32,000 bases of DNA. Origin: Chlamydiota bacterium. Its GTDB lineage: Bacteria; Auribacterota; JACPWU01. Shown piece after piece: positions 16,750 to 23,517 of the stretch. The notes beneath the pieces are model-generated. The model saw only the letters and a program-made list of their open reading frames with translations. It made no database searches and had not been told where the DNA came from. The first letter of the stretch is position 1. Each line of letters begins with the position of its first letter. The DNA is taken from assembly GCA_016196885.1 (NCBI GenBank), contig JACPWU010000058.1:94-32093 (forward strand). Reading direction: 5' to 3'. Position numbers and translations under genes: made by a program.

Positions 16750-17853
16750 ATGTGGTCACTCGTTTATATTTATCTTTTGCTCTTTTCTTTCGCGGTGTCT
16801 TGGCTTTGCGTTCATTTTTGCGCAAGGCTGGCTTTGAAATTAAACCTAATGGATGAGCCAGGGCCTCGGAAGATTCAGAAGAAGTCCATTCCTCTCTTGG
16901 GAGGTTTAGGGATGATCTTGGCGTTTGTAATCACGGTTTGGATCAGTTTAGTTTTATTAAAAATATTTTCTCATCATGCTTTTTTTCTCTCCCATTTTCC
17001 AACTGAGCTTCTCAGGTATGTGCCAGGTGTCTTGAAGGTTTCTCATAAGTTATGGGCCATTGCCTGGGGGAGTTTTCTCGTTTTTTTGGTGGGTTTGGTA
17101 GATGATTTTAGGGAACTGGGCGCTTGGCCAAAACTCATTGTTCAAATCATCGCTGCCAGCCTTCTCTTTTTTGCGGGGGTGCGAATCACCATTTTCTCTT
17201 CGCATTTGATGGTGAGTTTACCCTTGACGGTTCTGTGGGTGGTGGCCATCACCAATGCCTTTAATCTCTTGGACAACATGGACGGTCTTTCAGCGGGCAT
17301 TGCATGGATCGGTTGTTTTTTTCTCCTGGTGATTACCGCTTCTCAAAATCAGTATTTTGTGAGCGTTTTGATTTGCGTTTTGATGGGGGCCCTCGGGGGA
17401 TTCTTGAAGTTAAATTTTAATCCTGCGAAAATTTTCATGGGGGATGCCGGTAGCTATTGGATTGGGTATCTCATGGCCAGCGTGACCCTGTTGGCCACTT
17501 ATTATGGGAAGGGAAATCCCAATTTCTTCTCTGTTCTGAAACCCGTTTTTATCTTGGGGGTTCCCCTTTATGATCTTTGCAGTGTGATTCTGATTCGGCT
17601 CTATCAAGGACGCTCCATTTTTGAGGCAGATCGTCAGCATTTCTCTCATCGTTTGATCGCCTTGGGCATGGGACAAGGGGGGGCCGTTCTTTTCCTTTAC
17701 TTGCTCTCCTTTTCCTTTGGGACTTCCTCTCTCTTTCTCGAAAAAATTTCTAAATGGCAACTTTATTTTGTAGGACTGCAGGCGTTATCCTTTGTGTCAA
17801 TCATAGCCCTTCTTGAATATTTTGGACGCAAAAGGGAGAATTCGTCCACTTGA
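16750..17853 (+). CDS. wecA: polyprenyl-phosphate HexNAc-1-phosphate transferase (WecA/MraY family, initiating enzyme)
   Basis: VGLVDDFRELG, NAFNLLDNMDGLSAG and FMGDAGS are MraY/WecA motifs, and there are about 10-11 TM helices. I prefer the ATG at 16750 to the TTG at 16699, which lies inside the repeat region. Confidence 0.85.
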   Translation: MWSLVYIYLLLFSFAVSWLCVHFCARLALKLNLMDEPGPRKIQKKSIPLLGGLGMILAFVITVWISLVLLKIFSHHAFFLSHFPTELLRYVPGVLKVSHKLWAIAWGSFLVFLVGLVDDFRELGAWPKLIVQIIAASLLFFAGVRITIFSSHLMVSLPLTVLWVVAITNAFNLLDNMDGLSAGIAWIGCFFLLVITASQNQYFVSVLICVLMGALGGFLKLNFNPAKIFMGDAGSYWIGYLMASVTLLATYYGKGNPNFFSVLKPVFILGVPLYDLCSVILIRLYQGRSIFEADRQHFSHRLIALGMGQGGAVLFLYLLSFSFGTSSLFLEKISKWQLYFVGLQALSFVSIIALLEYFGRKRENSST

Positions 17854-19736
17854 TTTCAACTGCAAAGGCCCACTCGATTCTGGACCGTATTCTAAAAAAA
17901 ACATTGTCATACGGTCTGATCCTGCTGATGACTCTTCGTCCCTTGGTTTCAGGAATGGCAGAGCCGTCTTCAAATGTTTTCTTTTTTGTTGGAGCCCTCT
18001 TTCTCTTTTTCGTTTGGTTTTTAAAGTCTGTTTTAAGAGGCGAGATTTTTTTTCGAAAGACTCCCCTTGATTTTTTACACCTCATTTTTTTGTGCGCCCT
18101 CGGCTTGTCATGGTCTCAATCCATCCATCGCTATGAAGGGATTCCATTTATTCTCAATATGCTCACGGTCATTCTTGTTTACTGTTTAATCATTCAAACG
18201 CATGAAAATGAGGCAGATTCGGCCCGCCTGATTTTATTTTTATTGATGACGGCAAGTATCGTTAGCTTCTATGCCCTTTATCAAAGGCTTTTTGGGCTTC
18301 ATGAAACCTTTCAATATTTGGTAGAACACCATGTCCAGATTGAGAAATTAACCACGGCTTTTAAACATCGTTTAACGAGCCCTCGCGTCTTTGCAACATT
18401 GATTTATCCCAACGCCTTGGCTGGGTATTTGCTAAGCATTATTCCTTTAGCGCTTTCAACGATCCTCATTAAAAAAGGAGGGTTTTATCGGAAAGTGGCC
18501 ATTGTTTCTATCATGGGAGGTGTGTTGGTTTTTCTTTTGTGTGAGAAACCTCTTTGGATGATCGCGGGCGGGGTGCTGGGCATTTTTTATCCTTTTCTTT
18601 ACCTTCTTGCTTTTTTTCTGACCCTTTCAAAAGGGGGATGGGCCGTTTTCTTTTTGATGAGAGTCATGGCCTATTTTCTTTTTTATCGAGAAATCTCCCC
18701 TCGTTTTAAAAAACTATTTCTCTTGGGGGTTGGATTGTTAGAAATGGGGGGATGTTTTTTTCTCATGAGACATGATCCCGATTTTCTTTTCAAGGCTTTT
18801 AAATCTTTTGAGGTGCGCTGTCAGTATTGGCAGGCGGCAGGCGGGATGGTGAGGGATTATCTGGGTTTGGGGGTGGGACCTGCGGCCTTCGGTTCTCTTT
18901 ATGCGCATTATCAATTGCCTAGCGCAGAGGAGACGCGCATGGCGCACAATAATTTTTTGCAAGTGGCCTCGGAATTGGGAATCATCGGGGGTGTTGCTTT
19001 TCTTCTGATTTGGCTTGTTCCCCTCATCAAGGGTTTGAAGAAATTCCAATTTTCTTCTCCCATTGAGAGAGGAGCTCTTTTTGCAAGTTTAGCCTTCGTC
19101 CTGCATGGGCTCGTAGATTTTGATCTTTATGAGCCTGCCCTGGCGATGAATGCCTGGGCATTCTTGGCGCTTTTATCGTGCGGGCATTCGGAAAAAAGGC
19201 ATGGGTTTTCCTTTCGATGTGAGAGTTCCAAAATGAAGGGGGCTCTGATGATCGCGGGTCAAGTTGTGGCCGTTTCTTTGATTTTGCTCGTGCGGTCTTA
19301 TGATCAGGCTGAGAATTATTTTAGGCAGGCTGTCGAGGCCCGGGCTCAAAAAAAATGGGAAGAGGCCGGGTGGGCTGTGGAAAGATCTCTCCAATTTTGT
19401 CATTTGAATCCCCAAGCCTATGTCTTGAAGGCAACTCTCAACGAGCGTGAAAAAAAATGGCATGAAGCCATCGCTTCGTATGAAGAGGCCATCCAAAGAG
19501 ATTCACATAATCCCCTTTTTCCCTATCGTCAGTCGCTTCTTTATGAACGTTTGGAAAAAGAAGAGGGTAAAAGTTATGCTTCCCAGATTGAGGCGTGTTT
19601 AAAGAAAGCGATTTTTGATTATCCATCCCATGCCTCTTTGCATCTTGCCCTAGCCCATTTTTATCAAAGGGTTGGACGGCGTGAAGAGGCCTTGGTAGAA
19701 TATAAAGAAGCGACTCGCTTGGGTCGTAACCCCTAA
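17850..19736 (+). CDS. O-antigen ligase/polymerase (Wzy_C) family membrane protein with C-terminal TPR repeats
   Basis: Polytopic N-terminal region with the Wzy_C-type motif AHNNFLQVASELGIIGG. The C-terminal ~130 aa are TPR-like (AYVLKATLNEREKKWHEAIASYEEAIQRD..., LALAHFYQRVGRREEALVEYKEA). The TTG start overlaps the wecA stop (TTGA). Confidence 0.8.
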   Translation: MISTAKAHSILDRILKKTLSYGLILLMTLRPLVSGMAEPSSNVFFFVGALFLFFVWFLKSVLRGEIFFRKTPLDFLHLIFLCALGLSWSQSIHRYEGIPFILNMLTVILVYCLIIQTHENEADSARLILFLLMTASIVSFYALYQRLFGLHETFQYLVEHHVQIEKLTTAFKHRLTSPRVFATLIYPNALAGYLLSIIPLALSTILIKKGGFYRKVAIVSIMGGVLVFLLCEKPLWMIAGGVLGIFYPFLYLLAFFLTLSKGGWAVFFLMRVMAYFLFYREISPRFKKLFLLGVGLLEMGGCFFLMRHDPDFLFKAFKSFEVRCQYWQAAGGMVRDYLGLGVGPAAFGSLYAHYQLPSAEETRMAHNNFLQVASELGIIGGVAFLLIWLVPLIKGLKKFQFSSPIERGALFASLAFVLHGLVDFDLYEPALAMNAWAFLALLSCGHSEKRHGFSFRCESSKMKGALMIAGQVVAVSLILLVRSYDQAENYFRQAVEARAQKKWEEAGWAVERSLQFCHLNPQAYVLKATLNEREKKWHEAIASYEEAIQRDSHNPLFPYRQSLLYERLEKEEGKSYASQIEACLKKAIFDYPSHASLHLALAHFYQRVGRREEALVEYKEATRLGRNP

Positions 19737-19780
19737 CCCCTCCCATCACCCCGGAAGGGGCCGTTTCACGGAGGGAGGGG
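19734..19780. repeat. short structured repeat overlapping the stop codon (possible terminator-like element without U-tract)
   Basis: CCCCTCCC (19737-19744) / GGGAGGGG (19773-19780) enclose CCCC-GGAA-GGGG (19749-19760). It contains TAACCCCTCC (19734-19743), the reverse complement of the GGAGGGGTTA 10-mer found at 13259-13268 and 31326-31335. Confidence 0.4.
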
Positions 19781-19834
19781 AAAACAAGAGTTTTCGGACG
19801 GTCTCAATAAAACGGGAGGAAAAAAGGAATTCAC

Positions 19835-20275
19835 ATGTCTAAAATTTTTGTCATCCATGGCCCCAATCTGGCGCTTCTCGGAGAGCGAGAGCCGGAAATT
19901 TACGGCCACGTTTCTTTGAAGGCCATTAATGAGGCCATGAAAAAAAAGGCGCAAGACTTGAACTTTCAGATTGATTTTTTTCAATCGGATCATGAAGGAG
20001 AAATTGTTTCTAAAATTGGGAGCCTTATAAAATTAGGGATTGATTATTTAATCATCAACCCTGCAGCCTACACCCATACCAGTGTCGCGATTCGGGATGC
20101 GATTGGCGCAGTGAAAATTCCTACGATTGAAGTTCATCTTTCCAATGTTTATGCCCGTGAAGAATTCCGCCATAAGTCTTTGATCGCCCCTGTAGCTGTG
20201 GGGCAGATCTCCGGCTTTGGAGTTCAAAGTTATATTTTGGCCATGGAGGCGATTGCGACGCTCGGGTTGAAATAG
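19835..20275 (+). CDS. aroQ: type II 3-dehydroquinate dehydratase
   Basis: IFVIHGPNLALLGEREPEIYG, INPAAYTHTSVAIRDA and EVHLSNVYAREEFRH are AroQ signatures. Confidence 0.92.
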   Translation: MSKIFVIHGPNLALLGEREPEIYGHVSLKAINEAMKKKAQDLNFQIDFFQSDHEGEIVSKIGSLIKLGIDYLIINPAAYTHTSVAIRDAIGAVKIPTIEVHLSNVYAREEFRHKSLIAPVAVGQISGFGVQSYILAMEAIATLGLK

Positions 20276-20469
20276 TGACAAAGCGAATACGGCGGTTTCT
20301 GAAATTATTCTGTGGTTGGTCTCTTCTTGCTATTGGAATAGTCGGTTTATTCCTTCCCTTTCTTCAAGGGATTCTCATGATCGTGAGTGGTTTGGCACTC
20401 TTAGCGACAGAATACCCTTGGGCAAAGGGCTGGCTTGAGGGAATCAAAAAGAAGATAAAGAAAAAATGA
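20275..20469 (+). CDS. small two-TM membrane protein, PGPGW-like
   Basis: 64 aa. IGIVGLFLPFLQGILMIVSGLALLATEYPWAKGWL resembles the PGPGW family, but LPFLQG replaces PGPG. The GTG start overlaps the aroQ stop and the stop overlaps the next start (ATGA). Confidence 0.5.
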   Translation: MTKRIRRFLKLFCGWSLLAIGIVGLFLPFLQGILMIVSGLALLATEYPWAKGWLEGIKKKIKKK

Positions 20470-21509
20470 AGACGAAAGTCATCGCCGTTCTAGGGATGCA
20501 TCGAAGCGGAACTTCTGTGATTACTCGTGCCCTGAATTTAGGGGGGGTCTATTTGGGTGAGCCAGGTGATCTCATGGAAGGTGCTTCAGATAATTCCGAA
20601 GGTTTTTGGGAACACAAGGGGATCGTAGATCTTAACGAGCGGATTTTACAGGCCCTCAAAAGGACATGGGACAGTGTTCTCCCGCTTCCTCACGAGTGGC
20701 ATCTTTCGAAAGACTTTCAACCGTTCAAATCCGAGATGGTGAGACTGATCAAAAGTTGTTTTTTGAATCGTCCCCTTTGGGGATGGAAGGATCCACGAAC
20801 CTCTTTAACCTTTGATCTTTGGAAAGAGGCCCTTCGTGAATTGGGGATGGACTGTGTCTCTCTCGTTATGATTCGAAATCCTTTAGACGTCGCAAAATCT
20901 CTTTTGAAACGGAATGGTTTTTCTCAAGGTAAATCATTTGGGATGTGGCTTCATTACAACCTTTCTATTCTTCAAACGACCCAAGGGCTTCAGCGGACCT
21001 TTCTCTTCTATGATCTATTTCTGGAAAATTGGGAAAAGGAAATGAAAAATTGTTTTTCAAAAATGGGTCTAGATTGGCCCCGTGAAAACAATGTTTTGAA
21101 TGAAGAAATGAATGCGTTGATTCGCCTGGACCTTCGCCACAGCCAATCAAAATTTGAGGAGCTCAAAAAAAGAGAGGCCTCTCTTCCCCTTGTCACTGTA
21201 TATGAATTTCTTGAAATGCTGAGTCAGTCCTCTCAAGACTCCGTGTTTCAAATGAAAATAGAAACAGGGTGTAAAGACTTCTTGAACTATGCCCGTTATT
21301 TTCAAGAAGATATAGAATCTCTCTGGAAAGAAAAACAGCAATGTCAGATACTTGGCCAACATCTTTTGAAAGTAGAAAAGGCATTGTTGGAAGCGCAACA
21401 GGCACTCATCCTTCAACAAAAGGAGCTCCAGGCATTTTTGAATTCCCGCAGTTGGAAACTCACAGCACCTCTGAGGATGTTCTCTCGCCTCTTAAGGTTT
21501 AGGAAATGA
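20466..21509 (+). CDS. sulfotransferase family protein with C-terminal coiled coil
   Basis: VLGMHRSGTSVITR (5'-PSB-like P-loop) and VMIRNPLDVAKSLLKR (3'-PB-like RxPxDxxxS). The C-terminal ~60 aa are heptad-like and Q/L/K/E-rich, followed by SRSWKLTAPLR. Confidence 0.75.
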   Translation: MKTKVIAVLGMHRSGTSVITRALNLGGVYLGEPGDLMEGASDNSEGFWEHKGIVDLNERILQALKRTWDSVLPLPHEWHLSKDFQPFKSEMVRLIKSCFLNRPLWGWKDPRTSLTFDLWKEALRELGMDCVSLVMIRNPLDVAKSLLKRNGFSQGKSFGMWLHYNLSILQTTQGLQRTFLFYDLFLENWEKEMKNCFSKMGLDWPRENNVLNEEMNALIRLDLRHSQSKFEELKKREASLPLVTVYEFLEMLSQSSQDSVFQMKIETGCKDFLNYARYFQEDIESLWKEKQQCQILGQHLLKVEKALLEAQQALILQQKELQAFLNSRSWKLTAPLRMFSRLLRFRK

Positions 21510-21573
21510 CGCGAAGTGTCATTTCTGAGACAAAAGTATCCCTTTTTTCTTTAGACTCCTGTTGAAACGAAAG

Positions 21574-21582
21574 TGCTATAAT
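21574..21582 (+). promoter_or_regulatory. candidate extended -10 promoter (TGcTATAAT)
   Basis: TGCTATAAT at 21574-21582. There is no good -35 at 17 nt. It would give a leader of about 150 nt for the 21740 gene. Confidence 0.3.
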
Positions 21583-21641
21583 TATCCTAACCTGATAAGA
21601 GAGATAAAATAAGAGAAGCAGAGATGAGACCTTTTTTCTTG

Positions 21642-21717
21642 AGTCCACAGAGGGTCGTCTAAAATCCACGGGACAGTGGTTTCGTGGACTATGGACTATC
21701 GACTGTGGACTTTTTTT
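21642..21717 (+). terminator. leader hairpin plus U-tract (attenuator-like or terminator)
   Basis: AGTCCACA (21642-21649) / TGTGGACT (21704-21711) and GTCG/CGAC (21654-57 / 21700-03), followed by T7 (21711-21717). Inner hairpin TCCACG (21665-70) / CGTGGA (21683-88). GTGGACT-like segments repeat three times, allowing alternative pairings. Confidence 0.4.
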
Positions 21718-21739
21718 AAAGTAAATAGGAGATGATGCC

Positions 21740-22876
21740 ATGATCAGCTTTCGACAAATAGAAGAATTGATCAACATGAAAACAGATTCTCTCCCCTTGG
21801 TCAGTTTTTATTTAGGCATGGAGGGGAGCCGTTATTCAAAAAAGAATTGCGAAAATGCCTTGAAGGATTTGATGAAAGAAAGAGAGAAGGATATTCAGAA
21901 TTTTGAAAAGAATAAAAATCATAAACTCTCTTTAGAAAAAGATTTTGAAAAAATTCGTCAATATGTGAAAAATGAATTGGATTGGAAAGGGAAAAAAGGT
22001 GTGGCCATTTTTTCTTCTTCCTCTATGAATTTCTGGCAAGTTTATTTTTTGCCCAGTTCTGTGAAAAATACTTTGGTCATTGATCATACACCTTACATTC
22101 GTCCGTTGATTGCCCTTTTTGATGAATATCGCCGATTTTGCATGGTCTTGGTGGATAAATCCAAGGCGAGAATTTTTGAGGTGTTCTTGGGCGAAATTGA
22201 AGAACATACAGAGTTTACAGATGCCTTGCCTCGAAAAGCCAAAGCAGGGGGCTGGAAGGGATATGAAGAAAATCGTATTCAGCGGCATTTAACAGAAGAG
22301 GTACGGAAGCATTTTAAAAAGGTTGCGGATTCACTTACGGATCTTTTTAAGTTGCATCATTTTGATTGGTTGATTTTAGGAGGGCATCGGGCAGAGTTTC
22401 CTGAGTTTGAGAAAGAGCTACGTCCTTTTTTAGAGGACAGAATTGTGGCTCGTTTGGAAATGGATTTACGCGCTTCTCAGGAAAATATTTTGGAGAAGGC
22501 GCTGAAGGTTGAGAAGGAGATTTCCAAAGAGCATGGCGAGACTTCTGTGAAAAATCTTTTAGAACTCACAGGAGAAAGGCAAGCCGTGACAGGCGTTCTC
22601 GGAACTTTAACAGCTTTTCGAAGAGGGCAGGTTCACAGCCTTGTGGTCAGCCGCGATTATCAGGTGCCTGGAATGCGGTGTTTGAAATGCGGTTATTTGG
22701 ATCAAGAACATAAGAATTGTCCTCAGTGTAAAGAGCCTTTACAGGCGATTCCTGATTTGGTGGACGATTTGGTAGAGGCAGCCGTCACTCAAGGGTGTAA
22801 GGTTGAGTATGTTTCTGGAAATGGTCGGGATCGTCAGTGGGGTGGGATCGGGGCGATTTTGAGGTTTAAAGGTTGA
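21740..22876 (+). CDS. bacterial eRF1/Pelota-like protein (baeRF-type) with GGW in place of GGQ and a zinc-ribbon insert
   Basis: The M-domain-like stretch RFCMVLVDKSKARIFEV...ALPRKAKAGGWKG aligns with eRF1 YGFIVMDGSGALFG...DLPKKHGRGGQS. The C-domain has AVTGVLGTLTAFRRGQVHSLVVS and a terminal GGIGAILRF (eRF1/Pelota GGIGGILRY-type). CLKCG...CPQC sits at the mini-domain position. RBS AGGAGA at 21727-21732. Confidence 0.7.
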   Translation: MISFRQIEELINMKTDSLPLVSFYLGMEGSRYSKKNCENALKDLMKEREKDIQNFEKNKNHKLSLEKDFEKIRQYVKNELDWKGKKGVAIFSSSSMNFWQVYFLPSSVKNTLVIDHTPYIRPLIALFDEYRRFCMVLVDKSKARIFEVFLGEIEEHTEFTDALPRKAKAGGWKGYEENRIQRHLTEEVRKHFKKVADSLTDLFKLHHFDWLILGGHRAEFPEFEKELRPFLEDRIVARLEMDLRASQENILEKALKVEKEISKEHGETSVKNLLELTGERQAVTGVLGTLTAFRRGQVHSLVVSRDYQVPGMRCLKCGYLDQEHKNCPQCKEPLQAIPDLVDDLVEAAVTQGCKVEYVSGNGRDRQWGGIGAILRFKG

Positions 22877-22986
22877 AGGATTACAAGTACAGGACGGTTT
22901 CATTTAGAGTTTTGAATTTGAGTTTTAGAATTTGTTTCGGATTTCGAATTTCGTGCTTCGGATTTGGTATTTTAATTTGATCATTG

Positions 22987-22995
22987 TGATATAAT
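22987..22995 (+). promoter_or_regulatory. candidate extended -10 promoter (TGaTATAAT) for the CBS-korAB operon
   Basis: TGATATAAT at 22987-22995, preceded by about 80 nt of phased A/T-tract repeats (GAGTTTTGAATTT / GAGTTTTAGAATTT / CGGATTTCGAATTTCG...). Confidence 0.35.
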
Positions 22996-23029
22996 GCCGT
23001 CCTGTTTATTAAGAGAGGTATGTCAAGAT

Positions 23030-23509
23030 ATGCCTACATCAAAGCCGGTGGAAGTATTGCTGAAAGAAAAGAAAATTTATGAGATTGTGAATCCAAGGCT
23101 TGTCCAGGCTGGGCCGGATATTTCTATCAAAGAGGCCATTCGTTTGATGCAGGAGCGTCATGCGGGTTATATCGTGATTGCGAAGGATCAAAAAGTGGTG
23201 GGTCTTTTTGCGGAAAATGAAGTGGTGTTAAAAATTTTAGAAAATAACGTGGATTGGGATCAACCGGTGAGTTTGTTCATGAATTCGAGTCCTGTGACTT
23301 TGAATATCAAAGATCCTGTGGGGAAGGCGATTGATTTGATGGGACATGGGAATTTTTATCATATCCCGCTGGTAGATGAAAATAATCATTTGATGAATGT
23401 TTTATCTGTTCGTACCCTCATTCGTTTCTTGTCTGAATTCTACCCGACAGAGGTCTATAACTTACCGCCCAAGCACGATCAGATTATACTGACACAAGAA
23501 GGGGGGTAA
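23030..23509 (+). CDS. CBS domain pair protein
   Basis: Two CBS repeats (..ISIKEAIRLMQERHAGYIVIAKDQKVVGLFAENEV.. and ..VGKAIDLMGHGNFYHIPLVDENNHLMNVLSVRTLI..). I prefer the ATG at 23030, because the ATG at 22994 lies inside the candidate -10 element. Confidence 0.8.
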   Translation: MPTSKPVEVLLKEKKIYEIVNPRLVQAGPDISIKEAIRLMQERHAGYIVIAKDQKVVGLFAENEVVLKILENNVDWDQPVSLFMNSSPVTLNIKDPVGKAIDLMGHGNFYHIPLVDENNHLMNVLSVRTLIRFLSEFYPTEVYNLPPKHDQIILTQEGG

Positions 23510-23517
23510 GTTTTTGT

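Noticed and set aside
21499-21777. 92-aa minus-strand ORF covering the leader region
   Set aside because: It is antisense to the structured leader and overlaps both flanking gene ends. The sequence is low-complexity with no RBS. The region is better explained as regulatory RNA or DNA.
22994-23029. ATG at 22994 as the start of the CBS protein
   Set aside because: That ATG lies inside the TGATATAAT element and the right arm of the 9-bp inverted repeat. The ATG at 23030 has an upstream purine-rich RBS (AGAGAGG). The extra 12 residues (MPSCLLREVCQD) are not CBS-like.
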